A DNA stretch of 64,000 nucleotides, taken from positions 5,671-69,670 of the IMG/VR virus record IMGVR_UViG_3300033052_000036; one strand, 5' to 3'. The notes beneath the pieces were generated by a model. It worked only from the letters and a program-made list of their open reading frames with translations, was not told the origin of the DNA and did not search any database. Positions within the stretch are counted from its first letter, which is position 1, and each line of letters opens with the position of its first letter. The position numbers were made by a program, and so were the translations under genes. The stretch comes from a virus. Positions 26,709-36,959 of this stretch are shown piece by piece.

Positions 26709-29700
26709 TCAACCTCCCATGCACTTGAGCATGTTGCGCAAGTTCTTGATGTCGCTGCGCACCGAGGCAAGGGCCTTGTCGGCCTGGATCTCGTGCGTTT
26801 CCCATCGGCTGTTTTCGCCGTCCTCGACGTAAAGCTCGTGCGGGACCTTCACCTTCTTGTAGAAGGCGAGGGGGATGTCGCTGCCGTCGTCGTAGTCCGG
26901 GTCCACGGGCTCGATCGGCTCGACGGTCTCGGCGTCGCGGGCGCGCTGCTTGAGCGGGCTGATTGGCTCGCCGGGCTCCGATCTCTGGTCGTCGCGCACC
27001 ACGCGGGGCATGCGCGGGGCGTCGGCGATGTTCGACTGCTGGATCTTCTTCATCGCCTCCTTGCGCTTGACCTTCTTCGAGGTCATCGAGCGCACGCGGT
27101 TCGCATCGGCCGACACATTGCCGTCGTAGCCGGCGGCGTTGATCGCGTCGATGCGCGGCTGCAAGCGGTCGTCCGCCAGGGCGCCGAGGATGTGTACGCC
27201 ATGGATGCTGTCGCCGTGCTTGCGCAGCAGGTCGGTAAGTTCCTCGTTCGATACCGCCTCGGCCTGCGACGGGATCCCGATGATCGGCGAAATGCCGTCG
27301 GGGATGCCCAGGTTGCGCATCATCTGCTCGTAGGCCTCGGTCAGCGTCAGCTCGCCGCCTTGAAGCGGGATGATCGCCTGCAAGCCGAACAAGTTGATGT
27401 CCTGGGCGTATTTCTCGACCAGATCCAGCGAGGCGGCCTGATCGCCGACGATGTCCGGCATCACGAGGAACATGCGGCCCATCGCCATGCCGTCGCTCGC
27501 CACGCTCAGCGCGCGTTGCAGTTCTTCGTAGCGGGCCATGACGGTGTCATGGTCGACCACTTCCGGCGCCGCGGCCTCGCGGTTTTCCTTCGCCGCCGCT
27601 TCGCTCTCGCGCATGTTCGCCATGAACACCGAGAAGGCGCCCGAATCCACGAACAGGCGCGCATCCGGGGTGTCGGCGAGCTGCTGGGCGATCTTCGGGA
27701 TCGACGGCGCGGACAGCTCGCGCACCGAGATCCCGACGTTCTTCCCGGCGCCGAACAGGCGCGTGAAGTCGCCCGGGCGCGTCATGCCCGACACGAAGCC
27801 GAGCGGCTGGTCCGGCGTGCTGTATACGCCCGGCTTGAAATTGCCGTCTGGGTCGGTCGGGAGACCGGCGTAGTCGTAGATCTGGGCCATGGCGCGCGCC
27901 TGCTCGGCCGGATCCTCGACGCGGCCCTCTGGCAGTACCAGCTCGTCGGCGACGGCGCGATCGCCGCCTTGACGCTCCGCTACCGCCTCGATCAGTGCAT
28001 TGCGGGCTTCTTCGTAGTCGTAGTTGCCATAGTCGTACTCGATCAGCTCATGGATCTCGTCGGCCGTGAGCCCGGCCTTGAGCGCTTCCAGCACGGCGCC
28101 CGATGCTTCCGGGTACTGCGTCGTCAAGCGGCGCTCGGCCGGCATGTCGATGTAGTTGTTCGCCATGAAGAAGGCGTAGGCGAAGCCCTCGGGGGTCTCG
28201 CTGCGCGCGTTCTTGGTCTCGATCGAGCTGCCGCCGTACTGCGAGTGCATCTTGCTTCCCAGGGTCGGGAACACATTCGCGCTCGGAAGCTCGCCGTTGA
28301 ACTGCCCCCAGATCATCGTGCGCTTGGTGTACGGGTCGCCGAAGTGGTGCGGCTGGAAGCTCAGGCGCGGATCCGGCAGGCCGGTAAGGTTGGTCAGGCG
28401 GCCAACCGGGTTTTCCAGTGCCCAGACGGCCGGGCGGAAATACTCGATCGTGGCGGCCGCCTTGTGCACCAGGGCGACAGACTGCTCGGTGCGGCCGTCC
28501 TCGTCTTTCGCGAGGAAGTGCTTGGCGCCGCTCGATGCGAAGTCCGTGCACGGCGTCGCGGCCAGGATGCAGTACACGTCCGACAGGTCGTAGTTCTCGG
28601 TGAAGTATTCCACCGAGAAGTCAAACACGTCCTGGCCGGTCTGGATGTCGAACGTGAGCACGTTGTAGCCGGCGTCGCGCCATGGCTGACTCCATTCGCC
28701 GGTGAGGTCGAACAGGGACAGCACGGTGCGCTGGGAGTTCTCGGCGCGGTGCTCGCGGCCTTGGCGCAGGGCGTGCTCTTTCCACTCGGCGATGCGGGCC
28801 TCGGCCTGCTCCGGGGTCAGTTCTTCACCCTGCACGCGCTTGTCCATCGACACATACTCTTTGCCCGGGTCGGCAAACAGCGCGGCCCACTCGTCGGTGA
28901 CGGTCTCGAAGGCCTGCTTGTCCATGGTCATCAGGACCTTGTCGCCGTCGACGGGCGCGGTGTCGGTGAGCGGCTGGCCGCGCGCGACGCCGATTTTCTG
29001 GCCGGTCAGGGCGCCGTTGTAGGCCTCGCTGGCCGCGTCGCTGCGCTTGGTCCACTCGCGCAGGGCGATGTGCGCCTCGCGCGGGGCGTCCAGTCGCAGC
29101 TTGCGTTTCTTGCCGGATCCGGTGAACCACGCCTTGAACTCGCCCTCGACCAACTGCTCCCAGGCCTCATTGACGGCGCGGACCTCGTCGGCGGCCGCCT
29201 TGAACTCCGGGCTCGTGAACTGCTCGGTTTTCGGGCCGGTGCCGTCCATACGGGCGTGCTCGGGCGCTTGGCTGTCGCCGGCGTCGTCGTCCGCTGCCTT
29301 TTTGGCCTTCTTGCCCTTGGTGGCCTTGGCGGTGTCCGCGCGGGCCATGTCCACGAGCATGTTTTCGAGCCCGGAATCTTCGCCCGCCTCGGCGGCCTGC
29401 TCTTGCGGCTGCTGCTTGGCCTGCGCCTTCCGGTCCCCGGCCATGCGCTCGGCTTCCCGCGCGCGAACCTGGGCGGCGAGATCGGCGTCACCTTCGGCCA
29501 GCTTGCCCTCGTCGGCGATGCGCTGGAGATTGGTGTCCGCGCGCTTACCCAGCTCGATCAACGGCACGTTGATCGCCAGCTTGCCATGCAGATCGTAGTT
29601 GTCGATCCGGTAGCCATATTCCGGCGCTGCATAGATGCGCACGCTCGCAGTATCGCCGTCGATCGCCTCGACCACGCCCGGGAGCATCTGGGTATAGGCG

Positions 29701-32700
29701 TTCTTCTGCCCGCCCTCGATGTCCGCCCAGAGCGGCATGCTCGTGACCATGCCCACTTTCCAGTGGTCGCGCGCCATGGCCCGCTGCTGCTCCGCCCATG
29801 CGGCCGCTTTCGCCTTCTCGTCCAGATTGCGCTTCTGGATTTCCTTCTCGATCTTCGCCGCGCGCGGGGTGTCCGCAAGCACGGTGCGGGCCTGCAAGAG
29901 TTGATCGTCGGTCATGTCCTTGACCGTCATCTTGTTCAGGTCGATCTTGGACAGGGTCGGCGCCGGCGGCGCCTCGGCCGGTGCCGGCGGCGCTTCCGCC
30001 TCGGTCTGGGCCGGCGCGGGCGCGGCCTCCTGCGTGGCGAGCATGTGCGCCTCGACTTGGCGATAGGCGGCAAGGGTGCTCTCGGCGTCGGCGATCTTTT
30101 TGTCGTACACCCAGGCGTTGCCGGCAGCCTTGGCTTCTTCCTGCAATCGCTTGAGGTGAGTGACGCGGGCCTCGGCCTCGCTGATCCGCTTCGCCATCGA
30201 GCCAGTGCCGGCCGATTTCTGCTCGATCGCCGATCCGTCAACCTGCGATTCCTGCTGCTCGGCGGCTTTGTCAACCTGGGCGGCCGGCGCCGGGGCTGCG
30301 GCCGGCTGCGCCGGCGCCGCTACATAGCCCAGCACGGTATCAGCCGAAAGCGCGGCGATCGCGTCCTCGGTGTCGGTGCCGTCGTGATACTCGGCGATCG
30401 CGTTGTAGGCGGCCTTCCACTGGCGCGCGCTGATCTTGTCGACGTGCGGAGCGGTCTTATCGTTGCCGCGCATGGCCTTGGCGGCCGCGCTGGTCGACGC
30501 GGAGAACGAGCGGAAGCCCTTGCGGACCAGCAGCTCGATCACCTTGGACAGCGCCGGCAGGAGGTCGGCGGCGGTGTGCTGCTGGCCGGTGGCGTTCAGC
30601 TTGGCGCCGAACATGTCGCCCAGCACGTCGCCCAGGTGGCCGAGCGCGTCCTGCAATTCGGCGTCCAGCGCGTCCGGCTCCGGGCTCGCGGCCGGTTCTG
30701 GGGTCGCGGCCGGGCGGAAGTCCTCGACCTGGGCGCCGGCGATGCCAGCTTGCGCGATCGGCTTCTTCGTCTTGCCGCTCTCCAACCAAGCCTTGAGGCC
30801 GGCCACGTCGGTAGTGACGATGCGATCGCCACCCTTCCAATCGGCGTCGTAGTTGCTGCTGTAGGCGGCGCGCGCCTGATCGACGGTGTCGAACCCGATC
30901 AGCACCTTATGCTCATCGAACTTGCCGCTGGCCGGGTCGATCTGGTCGACCACGAACACGGCTTCGCTCTCCAGGTTCTCGCCGATGAACACGTCGACCG
31001 GGTCGCCATCGGCGCCCACGGTGCCCAGGATGTCGCCGTAGTGGTGCTGCATCGTGGTTTCCCACGGCGTACCATCGGGCGCGACGCCACGGCGCACGGA
31101 TCCGGTCGGGTTCTCGATCGAGATCTCCAGCCCTCGCACGCGGACGTGCCCCTTCTTATAGTTGCCGGCCTCCTTCTGGGCCTGCGTGGGCTCTGGGCGG
31201 TCGTTCTGCGGGCTGGTGGCGGCCTCGTGCGCGGCCTTGTTCAGCTCGAAGCGCGCCTTTGCGGCCGCGAGCGCGTCAGCGTCGAGCCAATCGTTAATCT
31301 GGTTCGGGTAGACGCCGTTTTTCTGCTGGGTGCCGCGCGTGGTGCTCGACAGGTGCGCGAAGATCCTGCCATCGCGCTCGGCGCCGGTGCTCAGGATGTG
31401 CCACGTATCGCCGTGACGCTCGATCGTCGGCAGATCGAGCGCCTTCGGGGTCGCGTTGGCGGCTGGAGCGGGTTGCGCGGCCGGTGCGGCCGGCGTGGCC
31501 GGCTTCGGCGCGGGCTCCACCAGTCCGAAGTCGTGCAGCGTCATCCCCATCTTGTCCATCATCGGATGGAGGATCTCGACCGGCTTCTCGCCCAGGAGGA
31601 CGGCGCCGATCGTGTCCGCGATGATCTCGTTCGGCTTGGCCGCGTGCCGGCGGATCTTCTCGTTCGCATGGGACCACACAGCCGGGCGGTACTGCTTCGA
31701 TGCCGCAATCCATTCGTCCCAATTGCTGATCCAGCGCAGCATTTCCGACTTCGGGAAGCCCTTGAAGCCGACGCCGCGCTTCGCCATGATCGCGTGGCCC
31801 AGCTCGTGCGCGAATACATGCTCAGGCGTGACGGCGCCTTCTACCTGCTGATCTTCGGCTGGGATCTCGACTGCGCCCCCGGTGCTGATATAACCGCCGT
31901 TCACTTCCCGAATGGGGATGCCCAGGCGTGCGGCGATTACCTTCAAGCGCTCGCGCACCGACGCCTCTACAGGGCGCGACTGGTCGGCCGAGGCCTCCGG
32001 CGCCGCTGGAATATTTTCAGGAATATTCTGCGGTTCGTTTTGTGGTTCGGCCGGCGCCGGCGCGGTGGCCTGCGGCTCGCCCTGGGCCATGCGCTCCAGA
32101 TAGTAGGCCTTCTGGGCCGCGCTCAGCTTGAACAGCTTGCTCGAACCCTTCTTGTGCAGCACGGATCCGGTCGGGGTCTTGAGGCGCATGCCGGCCGCGA
32201 TCGCGGCGTCGACGGCGGCCGTATTGACTTCGCCGGTTGGTGCCGGCGCGGCCGCGCGCTCGGGAACCGCGTCGACCAGCTCGTTCGGGGTGGCCGGGAT
32301 CGGCGCGGTAGCCTCGGCGATCGCGTCGAGATCCGCATCCGTCGGCTGGGTGTGCTTGAAGCCGTAGCCGGCCAGGGCGCGCGAAAACGCGGCCTGCTTG
32401 TCCTCGGCCGGGATCGACTCGTCCGCCAGCACGCGCTGGAGGGTGGACGTGCGCAGCGCCGCGGTGCCGGCGTTGATCGCGACGTGGTCCTCGTCGTTCA
32501 GGCTCGGGAAAGTGTAGCCCTCGGCCTCCAGCGCTTGCTGGAAGGCGCGCTTCTTGCCGCGCGCCGGGATCGAGGTGTCGGCCAGGATGCGATCGCGCAG
32601 CGCGGCCCGGTTGGCTGCGGCGCGGCTGATCATGTCGCGCTCGATGCGCGCGTTCGTTTCGGCCAGCAGATCGCGCTCGGCCTGCTCGGCGGCCGCGCGC

Positions 32701-34490
32701 TGCTGCGCCTCGTCCTCGGCGAGCATGCGCGCGATCTCGGCGTCCTCCTGGCCGGCCGCCGGCGCGGTTCCTTCGGCGAACAGGTCGCCCGGCTTCGGCC
32801 AGCCGGTGCGCGCCATGACGGCCTCGCGCAGCCGGCCGGCGCGGTTATAGCCCACGTTCAGGTGTTGTTGCAGCGCGCGGATCTGGTTGCCCATGTCCAT
32901 GTCCGCGAAGCCCGGGGTCTGGAACATGTATTGCTGGGCCGCGTCGGTGTGCGGGTCGACCTCGCCGGCGATCGGCGCTTGCGCCGCGCCCTGCTGCATC
33001 TGCTGGCTGGTGGCGGCGGCCTGGGCGGCGGCTTCGTCGGCCAGGAGTTGCTGGTATTCGGCCTGCTGGTCGGGCGGGATCGCGACGCGCTTCTTGCGCT
33101 CGGCGATCAGCGCTTGGTACTCGGTGCGTTCTTCCGGGGTCGGGCGGCGCGGCGCCACGCCCGGGATCACGGTCGTGGATCCGTCCGGGTTGTTGATCTT
33201 CTGCGGCTCGGTGCCATGCCCGATCGCCAGCAGCTCGGCAATGCGCGCATCGATCTCGGCGAGGGATGGCGCGGCCGGTGCTGCCGGCGCTGCGGGTGCG
33301 GCCGGCGCCGGCGCGGCTGGTGCAGCGGCCGGCGGGGTGCCGATCGCTGCGGCCGCTGCTTGGCCGGCGTTCGCTGCCTGCGAGAGCGGGCCGGTATTCG
33401 GGAGCTGGACGGGCTGCGGCGCCGGCTTCTGGAGCGCACCCATGGCGCCGCCCATGGCTGCGCCGGTCACGAGGCCCATGCCGGCGGCGTTGCCCACGCC
33501 GGCGCTCAGATCGTCCTCGCCCATGGCGGCATTCGTAAATACCTGCTCCTGGGCGGACTGCGGCATTTCTTCCAGCACGCCCTCGCTGAGCGCTTGCTTG
33601 CCCACGCGAGCAGCCATGCCGCCACGGGCGCCGGTCGAGGCCGCGCCGGTGGCGATCTCGGTAGCGGCGTCGCCCATCAGCTTGCCGGCGCCCAGGCCGA
33701 TCGCGGCCGTGCCGAGGCCGGCGCCGATCGCTGGGAGCGCGTAGTCCGAATACTCGCGGCCGGCCGCCTGCGCGCGATCGGCGATGCCGCCGGCGGTTTG
33801 CGCGCCTTCGGTGGCCGCGCCGATGCCGACGAGCGTAGTCCCGGCCTTCTCGACGGCCGCTTGAGCGGCTTTCGCGCCGGCGGGGGTCTTGAGCGCTGCT
33901 TGCGCGGCCTTCGCGCCGGCGAGCCCGCGTGCGGCCGCGATGCCCTCGGGGGTTGCAAGAGCGGCCTTCGCCGCGATGCGCTGGGCGGCCGCGCGCGCGA
34001 CGCCCATGCCGCCGAGCATGCCCGGGGCCGACTGCGCGACGGCGCCGACGATCGAGCGCGGGTTCGCCAGTGCTGCGCCGACGGTGTCGGTGAAGCCCTT
34101 GGCCTCGGCTACCTTCGCATCGGATGCCTTCTGACTGTCGCTCAGGTACTCGCCCAGGAATTGATTCGTGGCCTCCGGGTCATAGCCCAGGTGCTCGCGC
34201 ATCGCTTCGCCGGCCTTGCCGCCAGTCGCGAGACTTGCGACGCCGACGGCGGCCGCGCCAAGGTCGACCACGCCTTGCGCGCCCTTGATGGCAAGGTCGC
34301 CAGCGGTGCGCAGCACGCCGGCGGACTGTTCCGCTTCTGGTGCCGCCGGCGGCTTATAGCCCAAGCTGGCCGCAAGCTGGCCCTTGTCCATTTCCGGGTA
34401 GTACAGCTTGTGCACCGCGTCGACAAACTGCGCATCGTCCAGGGATGCCAGATTGGGGAGCTTCTTTCGTGCGTCTGCAAATGCAGTCAT
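26709..34490 (-). CDS. Giant polyvalent internal virion protein (2593 aa): ejection-protein N-terminus, zincin peptidase, inorganic pyrophosphatase-like, C5-cytosine MTase and TGT/DpdA-like domains
   Basis: HELGH (~31794-31808); QKEAGNYKKGH..HYGDILGTVGADGDPVDVF..FDEHK (~30760-31200); SLFDLTG..ATPCTDF..LENPVG (~28130-28740); FVDSGAFS, MPDIVGD, HILG, SADAN (~27070-27790). Confidence 0.9.
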   Translation of the reverse strand: MTAFADARKKLPNLASLDDAQFVDAVHKLYYPEMDKGQLAASLGYKPPAAPEAEQSAGVLRTAGDLAIKGAQGVVDLGAAAVGVASLATGGKAGEAMREHLGYDPEATNQFLGEYLSDSQKASDAKVAEAKGFTDTVGAALANPRSIVGAVAQSAPGMLGGMGVARAAAQRIAAKAALATPEGIAAARGLAGAKAAQAALKTPAGAKAAQAAVEKAGTTLVGIGAATEGAQTAGGIADRAQAAGREYSDYALPAIGAGLGTAAIGLGAGKLMGDAATEIATGAASTGARGGMAARVGKQALSEGVLEEMPQSAQEQVFTNAAMGEDDLSAGVGNAAGMGLVTGAAMGGAMGALQKPAPQPVQLPNTGPLSQAANAGQAAAAAIGTPPAAAPAAPAPAAPAAPAAPAAPSLAEIDARIAELLAIGHGTEPQKINNPDGSTTVIPGVAPRRPTPEERTEYQALIAERKKRVAIPPDQQAEYQQLLADEAAAQAAATSQQMQQGAAQAPIAGEVDPHTDAAQQYMFQTPGFADMDMGNQIRALQQHLNVGYNRAGRLREAVMARTGWPKPGDLFAEGTAPAAGQEDAEIARMLAEDEAQQRAAAEQAERDLLAETNARIERDMISRAAANRAALRDRILADTSIPARGKKRAFQQALEAEGYTFPSLNDEDHVAINAGTAALRTSTLQRVLADESIPAEDKQAAFSRALAGYGFKHTQPTDADLDAIAEATAPIPATPNELVDAVPERAAAPAPTGEVNTAAVDAAIAAGMRLKTPTGSVLHKKGSSKLFKLSAAQKAYYLERMAQGEPQATAPAPAEPQNEPQNIPENIPAAPEASADQSRPVEASVRERLKVIAARLGIPIREVNGGYISTGGAVEIPAEDQQVEGAVTPEHVFAHELGHAIMAKRGVGFKGFPKSEMLRWISNWDEWIAASKQYRPAVWSHANEKIRRHAAKPNEIIADTIGAVLLGEKPVEILHPMMDKMGMTLHDFGLVEPAPKPATPAAPAAQPAPAANATPKALDLPTIERHGDTWHILSTGAERDGRIFAHLSSTTRGTQQKNGVYPNQINDWLDADALAAAKARFELNKAAHEAATSPQNDRPEPTQAQKEAGNYKKGHVRVRGLEISIENPTGSVRRGVAPDGTPWETTMQHHYGDILGTVGADGDPVDVFIGENLESEAVFVVDQIDPASGKFDEHKVLIGFDTVDQARAAYSSNYDADWKGGDRIVTTDVAGLKAWLESGKTKKPIAQAGIAGAQVEDFRPAATPEPAASPEPDALDAELQDALGHLGDVLGDMFGAKLNATGQQHTAADLLPALSKVIELLVRKGFRSFSASTSAAAKAMRGNDKTAPHVDKISARQWKAAYNAIAEYHDGTDTEDAIAALSADTVLGYVAAPAQPAAAPAPAAQVDKAAEQQESQVDGSAIEQKSAGTGSMAKRISEAEARVTHLKRLQEEAKAAGNAWVYDKKIADAESTLAAYRQVEAHMLATQEAAPAPAQTEAEAPPAPAEAPPAPTLSKIDLNKMTVKDMTDDQLLQARTVLADTPRAAKIEKEIQKRNLDEKAKAAAWAEQQRAMARDHWKVGMVTSMPLWADIEGGQKNAYTQMLPGVVEAIDGDTASVRIYAAPEYGYRIDNYDLHGKLAINVPLIELGKRADTNLQRIADEGKLAEGDADLAAQVRAREAERMAGDRKAQAKQQPQEQAAEAGEDSGLENMLVDMARADTAKATKGKKAKKAADDDAGDSQAPEHARMDGTGPKTEQFTSPEFKAAADEVRAVNEAWEQLVEGEFKAWFTGSGKKRKLRLDAPREAHIALREWTKRSDAASEAYNGALTGQKIGVARGQPLTDTAPVDGDKVLMTMDKQAFETVTDEWAALFADPGKEYVSMDKRVQGEELTPEQAEARIAEWKEHALRQGREHRAENSQRTVLSLFDLTGEWSQPWRDAGYNVLTFDIQTGQDVFDFSVEYFTENYDLSDVYCILAATPCTDFASSGAKHFLAKDEDGRTEQSVALVHKAAATIEYFRPAVWALENPVGRLTNLTGLPDPRLSFQPHHFGDPYTKRTMIWGQFNGELPSANVFPTLGSKMHSQYGGSSIETKNARSETPEGFAYAFFMANNYIDMPAERRLTTQYPEASGAVLEALKAGLTADEIHELIEYDYGNYDYEEARNALIEAVAERQGGDRAVADELVLPEGRVEDPAEQARAMAQIYDYAGLPTDPDGNFKPGVYSTPDQPLGFVSGMTRPGDFTRLFGAGKNVGISVRELSAPSIPKIAQQLADTPDARLFVDSGAFSVFMANMRESEAAAKENREAAAPEVVDHDTVMARYEELQRALSVASDGMAMGRMFLVMPDIVGDQAASLDLVEKYAQDINLFGLQAIIPLQGGELTLTEAYEQMMRNLGIPDGISPIIGIPSQAEAVSNEELTDLLRKHGDSIHGVHILGALADDRLQPRIDAINAAGYDGNVSADANRVRSMTSKKVKRKEAMKKIQQSNIADAPRMPRVVRDDQRSEPGEPISPLKQRARDAETVEPIEPVDPDYDDGSDIPLAFYKKVKVPHELYVEDGENSRWETHEIQADKALASVRSDIKNLRNMLKCMGG

Positions 34491-34508
34491 TGCAATCCTT
34501 GTCTTTTC

Positions 34509-36227
34509 TTACAGGCCGAGTACCGCCAGCGCGACATCACGGCGGTTGCCGGCGCGATCGGCGGTGACGTTGAGCGCTTCGCGCGCGGTGTTGAAGTTGT
34601 CCAGCGCGGCCTGGGTCGCTTTCACGTCGCCCGATTTCGCGGTCGCGATGTACACGTCGCGCGCGGATTTCATGGCGTTGGCGCGATCGGTGATCTCCGT
34701 TGCCAGATCCATGACGATGCTATTCATCGCCTTGTCGCCGCTCAGGCCCAGGGCTTGCGCTACCTTGTCCTGCGGCGCGGGCGCGGCCGCCGGCGCGCGA
34801 ATGCCGCCAGCCGGGGCGATCGTCGGGCGCCGCGCGGGCGCCTGCTGTGCCGGGCCTGCCGGCGCGGCTACCGGGTTCGGCGTGCCGCCACCGTTCGCGC
34901 CCTTGAGGCCGAGCGGATCCGCGCCGGCGCCGCCCGCGCTCTTGCCGAGCAGGTCGGCGACTTGCTGGGAGAGGACCGCGTCGCGGGCGATCATGTCCTT
35001 GGCGCCCGGGCTGTTCGGATCCCACATGCCTTCGGCTTGAGCCTTGTTCATGGCGGCCGAGATCTGGTCCTGCTGCTTGAGGTAGCTGTTGAGCTGGGCG
35101 CGGGTTGCTTGGGGCAGGGTGTCGAATCCGAGGTGCTGGGCGCGTTCTTCCGGGCTCAGCGTGCGGCCGAGGGCCTTCTCGATCGACGCCAGCTTGCCGG
35201 CCGGGGTGTTCTCGCGCGACTGGCGGAACTGCGCCCATTGCAGGCGGCGCGACTCGTCCTCGTGCTTCCGGCGCGCGTCGAACTCCTTGCCGGCCATTTC
35301 GCGCTCGAACTTGCGGTGTTCGCGCTGCTCCTGGGAGTTGCGCGCGCGATCGGCGTGCGCGAGCTGCTTTTCCATGTCGAGCATCTGGTACTGCGCCCGG
35401 GTGACATCCAGGGTCGAGCGGGTGCCGTCGGCGTTGCGCACGGTGACATAGTGGGTCGGCACGTCCTCGCCGTTGAGCTTCGTCGTGCCTTCCTCCGCCT
35501 TCACGATCGTGGCGCCGCGCATGGTGCCCACGCTGTTGTAGCGGCTCATGGCCTCGTCGTAGCGGCCCTGGGCCATGAGGCCGAGCGCGTCCTGCACGCC
35601 TTCGTTCTTCATGCGGTTCAGCGCGGAGGTGCGCGAGGCGTATTCGTCGGCCGAGAGCGTGCCCCGATCCATCTTGCGACGCAGGATTGCGAGTTGGCGA
35701 TCGAGCGAGTCATTGAAGTTGGCCGGCTTCGGCACGCCGGCCGCCGGCGCGATCGCGGCCAGCTTGGTCGATACGGCCGGGTCCAGCTTCGGGGAGGTCG
35801 CCGGCGCGGTCGCTACCGGCGCTTTCAGCGGAATCGGCGCGTTCGGGTCCTTCACCATCGAGCCCGAGCCGGGCAGGGCGCCCGGGAGCAGGTCGGCCGG
35901 CGCCGCCTGGGCGGTGTCGATCGCGGCCTGCATCTGGTCGGCGGCTACCGCCTCCTGCGCGGCTGCGAGATCGCCGGCGCTGCTGTCGGCGTTGAAGGCG
36001 GCGGCAAATTCCTTGTCGACCGCCTCGCGATCGGCCTTGTCCTCGGCCTTGATGCGGTCCGCCTCCGCCCATTCCGAGCGCTGGCGATCGCGGGCTTCTT
36101 CCCGAAACGCCGCGTCCTGTTCCTCGCGCGCGGCCGCCCTTGCGCGCCGCTCGTCGTCCGCGATGCGGCGCTGCTCCGCCTGCGCGCCCTGTACCGCTGC
36201 TGCCATTCCGGCCCAATTGATTGTCAT
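34509..36227 (-). CDS. Internal virion (DNA ejection) protein, 572 aa
   Basis: Helical Q/E/R/A-rich sequence; position between the small ejection protein and the giant ejection gene. Confidence 0.75.
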   Translation of the reverse strand: MTINWAGMAAAVQGAQAEQRRIADDERRARAAAREEQDAAFREEARDRQRSEWAEADRIKAEDKADREAVDKEFAAAFNADSSAGDLAAAQEAVAADQMQAAIDTAQAAPADLLPGALPGSGSMVKDPNAPIPLKAPVATAPATSPKLDPAVSTKLAAIAPAAGVPKPANFNDSLDRQLAILRRKMDRGTLSADEYASRTSALNRMKNEGVQDALGLMAQGRYDEAMSRYNSVGTMRGATIVKAEEGTTKLNGEDVPTHYVTVRNADGTRSTLDVTRAQYQMLDMEKQLAHADRARNSQEQREHRKFEREMAGKEFDARRKHEDESRRLQWAQFRQSRENTPAGKLASIEKALGRTLSPEERAQHLGFDTLPQATRAQLNSYLKQQDQISAAMNKAQAEGMWDPNSPGAKDMIARDAVLSQQVADLLGKSAGGAGADPLGLKGANGGGTPNPVAAPAGPAQQAPARRPTIAPAGGIRAPAAAPAPQDKVAQALGLSGDKAMNSIVMDLATEITDRANAMKSARDVYIATAKSGDVKATQAALDNFNTAREALNVTADRAGNRRDVALAVLGL

Positions 36228-36239
36228 GTCGTACCTTTC

Positions 36240-36959
36240 TTACATCCAGCCGAGGTCTTGCAGTGCGCCCGGGTTCGTGTCCAGCGCCGTAGGGGTGAAG
36301 TCGAAATTGCCGGCGGATCCCGTCGTCGCCAGATCGGTCGCGCCCGTTCCCCAATTCATCTTGGAGAGCGCATTGATGCCGGTGCCGACCAGTGAGCCGA
36401 CGCCTTGAGCAGTCGCGCCGGCTTGAGCAGCGCGCGCGCCGGCGATGCCCTGGGCGGTGGCGGCGGCCTGCGCTGCGCCGTTCGCGGCGTTGGTCACAAG
36501 GCCCTTGCCGAGCCCGACGGCGTCGAACTTGCGCGCGTAGGCCTTGTCGGCGGTCTGGGTGCGCGCGGCGTTCTGTGCGGTTGCGCCGATGGCGGCGCCC
36601 TTGAGCGCGAGGTTGGTCTGTGCGGCCGCCGATGCTGCGCTCGACGGATCCAGGCCCGGGGTGCGGCGCAAGCGCTCCTGCGCGAGCCCGATCTGGCTTG
36701 ACACGTCGGCTTGCGCCTCCGCTGCGGCCTTGTCGCGCGCCTCCTGGGTGTCCAGACTCTTTGCCTGGGCGACAAGATCCTGCTCCAGCGGGCGATAGGT
36801 GGTCTTATAGTCCTCGTACTGGTCCTTGGCGATCTCGCCCTGCCATGCGTTCGCCTCGGTGGCGCGATCCATGGCTTCGGCGCCCTTCTTGGCCGCTCTG
36901 TTCGAGGCGATCCCGCCGACTACGGCGGAACCGATAACTGCTGATGCGATTCCTGACAT
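36240..36959 (-). CDS. Internal virion (DNA ejection) protein, P22 gp7-like position
   Basis: MSGIASAVIGSAVVGGIASNRAAKKGAEA-type N-terminus; TAATG overlap with the upstream stop. Confidence 0.75.
   Translation of the reverse strand: MSGIASAVIGSAVVGGIASNRAAKKGAEAMDRATEANAWQGEIAKDQYEDYKTTYRPLEQDLVAQAKSLDTQEARDKAAAEAQADVSSQIGLAQERLRRTPGLDPSSAASAAAQTNLALKGAAIGATAQNAARTQTADKAYARKFDAVGLGKGLVTNAANGAAQAAATAQGIAGARAAQAGATAQGVGSLVGTGINALSKMNWGTGATDLATTGSAGNFDFTPTALDTNPGALQDLGWM

Noticed and set aside
30269-30274. Perfect TTGACA inside the 2593-aa gene as another internal promoter
   Set aside because: No -10-like hexamer at 16-18 bp and no convincing nested ORF.
26793-36395. 3200-aa plus-strand ORF, and similar ones at 8697-12302, 13344-18899, 45866-48169 and 54706-57264
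   Set aside because: Antisense shadows of real minus-strand genes in GC-rich DNA: R/G/A/V/L-biased, no domain motifs, exact mirror of the sense codons.
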